A stretch of DNA of 64,000 nucleotides. It comes from an uncultured Pelagibacteraceae bacterium (GTDB lineage: Bacteria > Pseudomonadota > Alphaproteobacteria > Pelagibacterales > Pelagibacteraceae). Both the position numbers and the translations under genes were made by a program. Shown here piece after piece: positions 30,234-37,842 of the stretch (positions within the stretch are counted from its first letter, which is position 1; each line of letters begins with the position of its first letter). The notes beneath the pieces were generated by a model, which did no database searches, had not been told where the DNA came from, and was given only the letters and a program-made list of their open reading frames with translations. Location: the NCBI GenBank assembly GCA_902570695.1, contig CACFZE010000007.1:11912-75911 (forward strand). The letters are read 5' to 3'.

Positions 30234-31734
30234 AGTTTTAAAAAATAATCAAAATTTGAAATTAAAACCTGCTAAATTAGCAGTAATTGATATAGGTTCC
30301 AATTCTATCAGGATGTTAATCTATGAAGATTTTAACTCATCTCGTGTGCCTTTTTTCAATGAAAAAGCCGTTTGTGAACTTGGTAAAAATTTAGATAAGT
30401 CAAGAAAACTTCATAAATCTGGTGTGGATTATGCCCAAAAAGTATTGAAGAGATTTTCAGAAATTTTAAATGTTTCCAAAATTGTTAATTTAAAAATAAT
30501 AGCAACTGCTGTTTTAAGAGAAGCAACAGATTCAAAACCCTTTGTTGAATACGTAGAAAACCTTTTTAAAAAAAAAATAGAAATCTTAAGTGGTGACGAA
30601 GAAGCAATTTGTTCAGCTGAAGGTGTTAAAATTGGATTTGATAATGTAGATGGGTTAGTTGCTGATCTTGGTGGAGGAAGTTTAGAATTGGCTAGAGTTG
30701 AAAATGGTTTGATTACTAATAAAACATCTTTTCCCTTAGGTGTTTTAAGACTACTTAATAATCCAATTGTAAAAAAGAGAAACCTTTCTAAATATATAAA
30801 ACAACTTTTGAGAGAAGAGAAATGGTTATCTAAAAAAAAATTTCAAAATTTGTATTTAGTTGGAGGAACATGGAGAGCTTTATTTAAACTTCATCTGTTT
30901 CAAAATAAACATCCTGTCCATATAATTCATCAGTATTCAGTAAATTATGAAACTATATCATCATTTGTAGAAAAAATAGCATCGTTTAATAAAGCAAAAC
31001 TAAAAACAGTTGAATATATATCTAAATCTAGAACACCTTATCTACCATATAGCTCTATTATTTTAGATGAGATCATGAAAGTCACAAATCCAAAAAACAT
31101 AATTTGTTCTATAAGCGGTATTAGAGAGGGATCTCTAGCAAAAGATTACTTTAAAAATATTGATAACTCTCAAGTTTTTGAAAAATCATTAGAATATATT
31201 TCGAAGAAGAGAGGTGATTTGGGATTAACCTACAAAAAGTATCATGAATTTATCAAACCTGTATTTGACGGTAATGAACATTTTAATGAAAAATTACTTA
31301 ATTTAGCTTGTGTTTTAAGTCATATGGATTGGGGACTAGGTGCTTTTCAAAAGGCAGAATTAGTTTTTCAAGAAACATTAAATACCCCTTTATTGAGACT
31401 TTCACATAAAGAAAGAATTCAAATAGCTCTTTCATGTTATTGGAGGTACTGCAGTATTAAATACAATCCAAAAATAGAATATTTAACTTTTTTAAATAAT
31501 AATGAAATTTTTTCTAGTAAACAAGTTGGTGCAGCCTTAAGATTTGCACACTCACTTACATCTATTTCAACTATCTTCTTAGAGGAATTCAAATTGTATA
31601 AAAGAGGTAACTCTGTATTTTTAAAAATTCCAGCTCAACACCAAGAAATAATTTCTAAACAAGTTACAAAAAGATTTAAAGCTCTGGCGAGAGAATTATT
31701 TTTAGAACCAAGAGTAATTTATTCAAATAATTAA
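30223..31734 (+). CDS. ppx: Exopolyphosphatase (Ppx/GppA family)
   Basis: IDIGSNSIR, DLGGGSLE, GGTWR, GIREG; GTG start. Confidence 0.92.
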   Translation: MEIKVLKNNQNLKLKPAKLAVIDIGSNSIRMLIYEDFNSSRVPFFNEKAVCELGKNLDKSRKLHKSGVDYAQKVLKRFSEILNVSKIVNLKIIATAVLREATDSKPFVEYVENLFKKKIEILSGDEEAICSAEGVKIGFDNVDGLVADLGGGSLELARVENGLITNKTSFPLGVLRLLNNPIVKKRNLSKYIKQLLREEKWLSKKKFQNLYLVGGTWRALFKLHLFQNKHPVHIIHQYSVNYETISSFVEKIASFNKAKLKTVEYISKSRTPYLPYSSIILDEIMKVTNPKNIICSISGIREGSLAKDYFKNIDNSQVFEKSLEYISKKRGDLGLTYKKYHEFIKPVFDGNEHFNEKLLNLACVLSHMDWGLGAFQKAELVFQETLNTPLLRLSHKERIQIALSCYWRYCSIKYNPKIEYLTFLNNNEIFSSKQVGAALRFAHSLTSISTIFLEEFKLYKRGNSVFLKIPAQHQEIISKQVTKRFKALARELFLEPRVIYSNN

Positions 31735-31779
31735 TATATAATTTAATTTATTACAACTTACAGGTTAGTGATTTTTCTT

Positions 31780-31830
31780 CTTTAATATATTTTTAATTTT
31801 ATTGAAACATATCTTTAATCCAAATGTAAT
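31780..31830 (+). promoter_or_regulatory. Five-unit Pho-box-like array with no plus-strand gene downstream
   Basis: CTTTAAT (31780), TTTTAAT (31791), TTGAAAC (31802), CTTTAAT (31813), ATGTAAT (31824), exact 11-bp period. Confidence 0.6.
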
Positions 31831-31866
31831 ATTCTTCTGTGATTAAATTGTAAACATTAAACCCCT

Positions 31867-31905
31867 GAAATACGCTCGGTATTATTATTGAGCGTATTTC
31901 TTTTT
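31867..31905 (+). terminator. Hairpin plus T-tract overlapping the Nudix gene 3' end
   Basis: GAAATACGCTC...GAGCGTATTTC perfect 11-bp stem, extendable by G-U pairs on the + strand, then TTTTT. Confidence 0.7.
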
Positions 31906-32373
31906 ATAAAACAAATACATTCCTATATGAGATGCATTGTTAAATTTACCATTCTCAATTAATTGAATTATTTGATGATCTGAAACTATGTGGATTTTAA
32001 TTCCTTTTTCAGGCTTTGAAATTTTAATAAGATTATTACAAAAAAAACCAGTAATTTTAGTGGTGAGTCGACCTGGTTCAGAATAAAATGAAGTAATTTT
32101 TCTTAATTTATTTCTTGATTTATATCCTGTTTCTTCAATTAATTCTTTTTTAGCAGATATTAAAGCTGTTTCATGTTTTTCAATTATACCAGATGGAAAC
32201 TCAAAATTAATTTGATTTATAGGAATTCTTTTTTGTGAAACCAAAATATACTTGTTCTTAATTTTGGGTATTACTATTGAAAGGTTTGAGGTTTTTAAAA
32301 AATGATAAAATTCTTTTTTTTTAAATTTTTTATTAATTAATTTAATATTGTTTGTTAGTTTTAAATTTTTCAA
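31885..32373 (-). CDS. Nudix hydrolase (ADP-ribose pyrophosphatase-like)
   Basis: Nudix box GIIEKHETALISAKKELIEETGY (R replaced by K); TTG start overlapping the aqpS TGA. Confidence 0.82.
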   Translation of the reverse strand: MKNLKLTNNIKLINKKFKKKEFYHFLKTSNLSIVIPKIKNKYILVSQKRIPINQINFEFPSGIIEKHETALISAKKELIEETGYKSRNKLRKITSFYSEPGRLTTKITGFFCNNLIKISKPEKGIKIHIVSDHQIIQLIENGKFNNASHIGMYLFYKKKYAQ

Positions 32374-33029
32374 TCTTTTTCTAAGAATAATTTTTTTGCG
32401 ATATAAACAGCAATTAACATACCAATTAATTCTGCAATTATATAAAAAGGAGTGTTTAAATAACTTATACCAGTAAACGACTCTGTGAATGTTCTTGCTA
32501 TTGTTACAGCAGGATTTGCAAAAGAAGTTGACGAGGTAAACCAATAACCAGCAGTGATATATAAACCAACTGATCCAGCAACAGCTATTTTACCTGATTT
32601 CATTGAACCAAAAATAATTAAAATAAGACCCAACGTAGCAACTATTTCAGAAGTAAAAATATAAATCCCACTCCTTGACTTTGTTGATAATTCAAAAACC
32701 TGATGTTCAAAAAAGAAATTAGCTAATGCTACACCTAGCAAACATCCAAGTATCTGAGCAGAAATATAAAAGGGTAGAAGGTTTTTTTTTAACTTTCCTG
32801 TAATTGTCATAGCAATACTTACAAATGGATTGAAATGAGCCCCAGATACATCAGCAAATACTGTTATTAGCACAAACAATCCAGCTCCGGTTGCCAATGT
32901 GTTTGCTATTAGCATTACTGCTATATCATTAGTTAGATTTTCTGCCATTAAACCTGATCCAACTATGATCATGACCAGAAAGCAACTTCCAATGAACTCT
33001 GAAAGAAAATATCTATTTTTATTTTTCAT
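32370..33029 (-). CDS. aqpS: MIP aquaglyceroporin of the arsenic-associated AqpS type
   Basis: SGAHFNP and YWFTSSTSFANPAVT motifs; adjacent to arsC. Confidence 0.8.
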   Translation of the reverse strand: MKNKNRYFLSEFIGSCFLVMIIVGSGLMAENLTNDIAVMLIANTLATGAGLFVLITVFADVSGAHFNPFVSIAMTITGKLKKNLLPFYISAQILGCLLGVALANFFFEHQVFELSTKSRSGIYIFTSEIVATLGLILIIFGSMKSGKIAVAGSVGLYITAGYWFTSSTSFANPAVTIARTFTESFTGISYLNTPFYIIAELIGMLIAVYIAKKLFLEKD

Positions 33030-33450
33030 CTATCCAATCTTTAATTTTATTACTTATAATATTGAAAGTTTTTCTAATGATTATTTGCTTTTCTTCGTCA
33101 TTTGCATTTTGAAGTTTAGCTACCGGATCTTCTATATCCCAATGTATAATTTGGTTTTTATCAGGCCAAATAGGACATACCTCATTATTTGCGTTGTTGC
33201 ATACTGTTATTACATGATCCATTTTTAATTCTTTATTGATAAATTCTTCAAAGTTTTTAGAACTGTAATTAGTTAGATCATAACTTTTATTTTTTTCTAA
33301 AAAACTTTTAACATCTTCATTGATTTTTCCAGATGGATTACTACCAGCACTAAAAGCATTAAATTTATTTGAGTATTCGTTATTAATAATACTCTCAGCG
33401 ATAATGCTTCTCGCTGAATTTCCTGTGCATACAAATAAAATATTTTTCAT
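33019..33450 (-). CDS. arsC: Arsenate reductase, LMW-PTP (thioredoxin-coupled) type
   Basis: P-loop CTGNSARS plus resolving Cys pair TVCNNANNEVCP. Confidence 0.88.
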   Translation of the reverse strand: MKNILFVCTGNSARSIIAESIINNEYSNKFNAFSAGSNPSGKINEDVKSFLEKNKSYDLTNYSSKNFEEFINKELKMDHVITVCNNANNEVCPIWPDKNQIIHWDIEDPVAKLQNANDEEKQIIIRKTFNIISNKIKDWIDEK

Positions 33451-33671
33451 TAAAAAATAATTTTATAAATACCAATTACAAACAAAGGAATTTGTAATCC
33501 AAAATTAGTTAATATGGCCTTATCTTTTAATAAAAAACCCGATATTGTCCATCCAACTACACCAAGACCATGAAAATATATATTAATTGGATATATATTT
33601 AAATTTGTAAGCAATATTCCTGTTAAGACTAAAAACGTGCTTATCCATTTGAGATATTTTTTTAATAACAT
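33450..33671 (-). CDS. Small 3-TM membrane protein, unknown function
   Basis: AGGAG RBS; three hydrophobic segments; stop overlaps the arsC start. Confidence 0.75.
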   Translation of the reverse strand: MLLKKYLKWISTFLVLTGILLTNLNIYPINIYFHGLGVVGWTISGFLLKDKAILTNFGLQIPLFVIGIYKIIF

Positions 33672-33692
33672 AAAACTCCTTTCTCTATACTT

Positions 33693-33721
33693 ATGACAGT
33701 TATGTTAAAGATTTATTAAAA
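33693..33721 (-). promoter_or_regulatory. Pho-box array of the 73aa-arsC-aqpS-Nudix operon
   Basis: Minus strand TTTTAAT-AAAT-CTTTAAC-ATAA-CTGTCAT, including the canonical CTGTCAT half-site. Confidence 0.8.
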
Positions 33722-33729
33722 TTATTATT

Positions 33730-34068
33730 TTATATTAAATTGATTATGTATCTATGGATAAAATATCCTCCGATTAGCAATATTAAACCTGTAATATAAA
33801 TTATGAAAAAATTCATATTAAAAGATTTTGCAAAAAAGAAGGGTACAAAGAATAAATAACTTGCTGGTACTGCAATAAATATACTTTTTGTAAACATTAC
33901 TGTTTTTTCTGTATCATTATGCTCATAATACGAAAACAGTATCGCTATTAGTGATACCAAGGGTAATGCAATAATAAATCCAGCGAGCTTAGGATTTTGA
34001 CCAGCCAACCAACTTGAAAAAGCAACAATTAAACCTGCTGCTACAACTTTAAAAATAAAAAATAACAT
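33730..34068 (-). CDS. Small membrane protein (DUF3147-like, from recalled motif)
   Basis: AGFIIALPLVSL...SIF pattern; four hydrophobic segments. Confidence 0.6.
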   Translation of the reverse strand: MLFFIFKVVAAGLIVAFSSWLAGQNPKLAGFIIALPLVSLIAILFSYYEHNDTEKTVMFTKSIFIAVPASYLFFVPFFFAKSFNMNFFIIYITGLILLIGGYFIHRYIINLI

Positions 34069-34074
34069 CTGTTT

Positions 34075-34614
34075 TTAGTTTGTTGCAAATTCTTTAATTT
34101 TCTCAAAACTGAAGTGATCGGCTATATCTTTCTTGGCGTAGTATACTTCATCAACTGTGCCTTGTTCGTTTATCAAAACATCTGTAACAGCTATATCAAA
34201 ATGACCTTTAATTTTTAAAGGAATATATCCCTTTAACATTGCAGGTATTATTTTATGAGATTTAAATAGCATTGCAGATAATGTTTTCATCATTGATCTT
34301 TCAATTTCATATTTTTGAAAATATTTAAAATCTTCATCGGCTAGTACAGTAAAAGGTAAATTGTTATGTTTTTTCATATATGACCTTAAATTATCAACCG
34401 GCGAGTGAAATATTGCAACATGTGTAAAATTATTTCCTAACTCATTAAATCTTTTATTAATTTCGTTTAATCTAAGATTGCAAAAACTACATCCAGCTAT
34501 TCTGTAAAAAGTTAAAAGAACTTTCTTTCCATGTGTTTCTGATAAATTAAATGTAGACCCGTCATCTCTTGGAAGTGTAATTTCTTCTATTTTATCTCCT
34601 TTGGAGATCTTCAT
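34075..34614 (-). CDS. Redoxin / AhpC-TSA-like thioredoxin-fold protein
   Basis: FYRIAGCSFCNL CxxC; ATG overlaps the zur TGA. Confidence 0.8.
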   Translation of the reverse strand: MKISKGDKIEEITLPRDDGSTFNLSETHGKKVLLTFYRIAGCSFCNLRLNEINKRFNELGNNFTHVAIFHSPVDNLRSYMKKHNNLPFTVLADEDFKYFQKYEIERSMMKTLSAMLFKSHKIIPAMLKGYIPLKIKGHFDIAVTDVLINEQGTVDEVYYAKKDIADHFSFEKIKEFATN

Positions 34615-35009
34615 TTGATAGAGCATTTTTTACAAAGCCCAAAGAATTCAAGATTATATTTATTGAATTTCATACCCGCTTTGTCTTGAAAATTTTTTAA
34701 ATATTTTGAAAGTTTGCTGTCACTAATTTCACTTACTTCTTCACAGCTTTCACATATTGAAAATGCTGTTGCCTTTGAGATCTGACAATTTGAATTTTTA
34801 CATGCAACGAAAGCATTTCTACTTTCAATTTTGTGAATTTTTCCAATTTCAACCAATTTATCAAGCGCTCTATAAACTTGAAGAGGGGCTTTAATACCTT
34901 TTTTTTGCACATTATGTAAAATTGAATAAGCTTTTATGGGCTCATTTACTTTTTCAATGAAATCAAGAACTATTCGTTGATTTTTTGATAGTGTTTCCTG
35001 TTTAAGCAT
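34611..35009 (-). CDS. zur: Zinc uptake regulator
   Basis: Fur fold, VYRALDKL, HKIES, CESC and CKKC; in the znu operon. Confidence 0.88.
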   Translation of the reverse strand: MLKQETLSKNQRIVLDFIEKVNEPIKAYSILHNVQKKGIKAPLQVYRALDKLVEIGKIHKIESRNAFVACKNSNCQISKATAFSICESCEEVSEISDSKLSKYLKNFQDKAGMKFNKYNLEFFGLCKKCSIK

Positions 35010-35033
35010 AGTTTTTCTTTTATCAATTTCCCA

Positions 35034-35837
35034 TTAGTTTTTCAATTGTATCGTCTGTTTAATTTTAAATAGAGATATTACAAATAATAATAACGCTGCA
35101 GCAATGATAGATGGACCCGAAGGAGTATTGAATTGCAATGAAGAAAATAAACCCATGATTACTGATAATAATCCTCCACATATAGAAAAAATTACCATCT
35201 TTTTGGGAGTATCTGATATGTTACGAGCCATAGCCGTTGGTATAATTAACATCCCAGTTATTAATAAAAGTCCTACAATTTTTATAGAAATTGCAATTAT
35301 TGCTGCCATTAAAATAGTAAATATTGCTTTTGCTCTATCAGGATTTAATCCTTCTGCTTCTGCAAGTTCATAATTTACTGTTGAAGCAAATAAAGGTTTC
35401 CAAATTATTTTTAATACAATTAAAATTATTGCTCCTCCTCCCCATATAATTATCAAATCATCAACATTAACAGCTAATATGTCTCCAAATAATAGTCCCA
35501 TGACATCAAATCTTATAAATGAGAGAAAACCAATTACCACTAAGCCAACTGCTAATGCTGAGTGAGCTAAAAGACCAAGTAAAGCATCACCGGGCAAATT
35601 AGTATTTTTTTCAAGTTTAACTAATATGATTGCTATTACTGATGAAATGATAAATATCGAAATTGCTATATTAATTTCGAATGCCAATGCCATTGTAACA
35701 CCAAGTAATGCTGAATGTGCTAATGTATCTCCGAAATAAGATAATCTTCTCCAAACTACAAAGCAGCCCAAAGGACCTGTTACAAAAGCAACACCTATAC
35801 CAGCAATTAAAGCTCTTATAAAAAAATCATCAAACAT
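35034..35837 (-). CDS. znuB: Zinc ABC transporter permease
   Basis: GDTLAHSALLG, LAEAEG, GPSII. Confidence 0.92.
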   Translation of the reverse strand: MFDDFFIRALIAGIGVAFVTGPLGCFVVWRRLSYFGDTLAHSALLGVTMALAFEINIAISIFIISSVIAIILVKLEKNTNLPGDALLGLLAHSALAVGLVVIGFLSFIRFDVMGLLFGDILAVNVDDLIIIWGGGAIILIVLKIIWKPLFASTVNYELAEAEGLNPDRAKAIFTILMAAIIAISIKIVGLLLITGMLIIPTAMARNISDTPKKMVIFSICGGLLSVIMGLFSSLQFNTPSGPSIIAAALLLFVISLFKIKQTIQLKN

Positions 35838-36584
35838 TTAATTTTTTTTTATATCACCATCATTTGAATGAACATGATCATGCTTATGTTCATATATAGA
35901 AAGAGTTTGTGAAGCTTGTTCGCCAAATAACAGTTTATACTCATTATTCATTGCAACGTCTTTTGGTGTTCCTGAACAACACACGTGGCCATTTAAACAA
36001 ATAACATGATCTGTTGCTGTCATAACAGTATGCAAATCATGAGAAATTAATAAAATTCCACAATTTAATTTATCTGCTATTTCTTTTATTAATTTATACA
36101 ATGCAATCTCCCCAGTAAAATCAACTCCTTGAACCGGCTCATCCAATACTAAAAGATCAGGTTTTTTTGAAACTGCTCTTGCAAGAAGCACTCTTTGAAA
36201 TTCTCCACCAGATAAATTTCCTAAATTCTGGTTTTTAAGATGATCTGCACCCGTTAATTTTAAAGCTTCATTTATTTTTTCTTCATCGAGTTCATCTGTT
36301 AAAACCATAAAATCACTCACTTTAAGTGGCAATGTCCAGTCAATTGAAATCTTTTGAGGAACATATCCAATTTTATCAGTAAATTTTTCTACATTGCCTT
36401 CTATATTCTTATGAAGTCCTATCGCAATTTTTGCAGTTGTGCTTTTGCCAGAACCATTTGGCCCAATTAATGTTACTATCTTTCTTCTTTCAACAATTAA
36501 AGAAACACCTTTTACAAGCCATTTATTCCGTTGTTTTAATCCAACTTCAGTTAATTTTACTAATACATTGTTCTCAATTGTCAT
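35838..36584 (-). CDS. znuC: Zinc ABC transporter ATPase
   Basis: GPNGSGKST, LSGGEFQR, His-rich C-terminus. Confidence 0.93.
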   Translation of the reverse strand: MTIENNVLVKLTEVGLKQRNKWLVKGVSLIVERRKIVTLIGPNGSGKSTTAKIAIGLHKNIEGNVEKFTDKIGYVPQKISIDWTLPLKVSDFMVLTDELDEEKINEALKLTGADHLKNQNLGNLSGGEFQRVLLARAVSKKPDLLVLDEPVQGVDFTGEIALYKLIKEIADKLNCGILLISHDLHTVMTATDHVICLNGHVCCSGTPKDVAMNNEYKLLFGEQASQTLSIYEHKHDHVHSNDGDIKKN

Positions 36585-36602
36585 TTATTACCTTGACTTA
36601 TT

Positions 36603-36639
36603 AATGTTATATTATTACACAATGTTATATTATAACAAT
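36603..36639. promoter_or_regulatory. Two tandem Zur boxes in the znuC/znuA divergent promoter
   Basis: AATGTTATATTATTACAC and AATGTTATATTATAACAAT at 18-bp spacing; matches the TGTTATA-N-TATAACA Zur consensus. Confidence 0.8.
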
Positions 36640-36656
36640 TAACACTAAATTAAATT

Positions 36657-37799
36657 ATGAAAAACTTAAAAAAATCAACATTAATAATTACAATATTATC
36701 TTTTTTAGCTCTTTTTACATCAGCAAAAGCAGAAATAAAAGTTGTAGCTTCAATTAAGCCTATACACTCTTTAGCTAGCTATCTGATGGATGGAGTTGCT
36801 AAACCAGACCTAATAGTCGATGGATATTCTTCACCACATGGATTTCCGTTAAAACCATCTCATGCAAAGATGTTACAAGAAGCTGATCTTATTTTTTGGG
36901 TAGGTGAAGATCTAGAAAACTTCATGGAAAAACCATTAGATTCAATTGCAAAAAAAGCTGAAAAAATTGAATTAATGGAAATTAAAGGTCTTAATAAATT
37001 AAAATTCAGAGAACGAAATATTTTTGGTGATCATGATGATCATGACGATCACGGACATAAAGAAGATGGCCATAAAGAAGATGATCACGATGATCATGAC
37101 CATAAAAAGAAAGATGGACATGACGACCACGATGATCACGACCACAAAAAAAAAGACGGTCATAAAGAAGACGACCACGATGATCATGACCATAAAAAGA
37201 AAGATGGGCATGACGATCATGATGACCATGGACATAAAAAGAAAGATGACCATGATGACCACGATGATCATGCAGGACATGAAGGTCACCACCACGGTGA
37301 GCATGACCCACATATTTGGTTAGATCCAATGAATGCTAAAGTTATATTAAATGAAATGGCAGAGCATTTAATTGAAAATGATGCTAAGAACGCATCAAAA
37401 TATAAAAGCAATTTAAAGAAAGCACTAAAAGATATTGATAAACTTGTTAGTGACGTCTCTTCTGAATTAAATCAGAGTGTTGCATCAATTGTTTTCCATG
37501 ATGCTTACCAATATTTTGAGAAAAGATTTAATGTTAATATATTGGGTGCTTTTACAGTTAATACAGATGTAATGCCAGGAGCAGAACAATTGGCTGAAAT
37601 CAGAGAAATAATTGAGCATGATAAAGTAGCTTGTGTATTTTCTGAACCACAGTTTAATCCAAATATCATTAAAGCTGTAGCAAAAGATATGAATATTAAA
37701 ACTGGTGTTGTAGACCCATTAGGAGCTACTTTGGATCCTGGAAAAGACTTATATTTTGATTTAATCAGAAATATGTCTAAATCTTTTAAAGGTTGTTAA
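36657..37799 (+). CDS. znuA: Zinc ABC transporter substrate-binding protein with a very long His/Asp loop
   Basis: SIKPIHSL, SPH, DPHIWLDP, FHDAYQYFE, DPLG. Confidence 0.93.
   Translation: MKNLKKSTLIITILSFLALFTSAKAEIKVVASIKPIHSLASYLMDGVAKPDLIVDGYSSPHGFPLKPSHAKMLQEADLIFWVGEDLENFMEKPLDSIAKKAEKIELMEIKGLNKLKFRERNIFGDHDDHDDHGHKEDGHKEDDHDDHDHKKKDGHDDHDDHDHKKKDGHKEDDHDDHDHKKKDGHDDHDDHGHKKKDDHDDHDDHAGHEGHHHGEHDPHIWLDPMNAKVILNEMAEHLIENDAKNASKYKSNLKKALKDIDKLVSDVSSELNQSVASIVFHDAYQYFEKRFNVNILGAFTVNTDVMPGAEQLAEIREIIEHDKVACVFSEPQFNPNIIKAVAKDMNIKTGVVDPLGATLDPGKDLYFDLIRNMSKSFKGC
37029..37313 (+). repeat. His/Asp/Lys coding repeat in znuA
   Basis: (HDD)n and HKKKDG units; identical 32-mer CACGATGATCATGACCATAAAAAGAAAGATGG at 37086 and 37176 (90-bp period). 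Confidence 0.9.
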
Positions 37800-37842
37800 T
37801 TAAAAATTGAACTTTTGCCGTAAATAATATCTAATATTATTT

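Noticed and set aside
31765-31857. Minus-strand RBS (AGGGG) + ATG frame of 31 codons with a stop at codon 5, as a pseudogene
   Set aside because: No recognisable homology; an open run this short is not significant in AT-rich DNA; noted only as an alternative for the 31.8-kb element
36999-37329. Three alternative-frame ORFs (99-107 aa) over the znuA repeat
   Set aside because: Stop-free frames are a by-product of the GAT/CAT/GAC/CAC low-complexity repeat; no RBS
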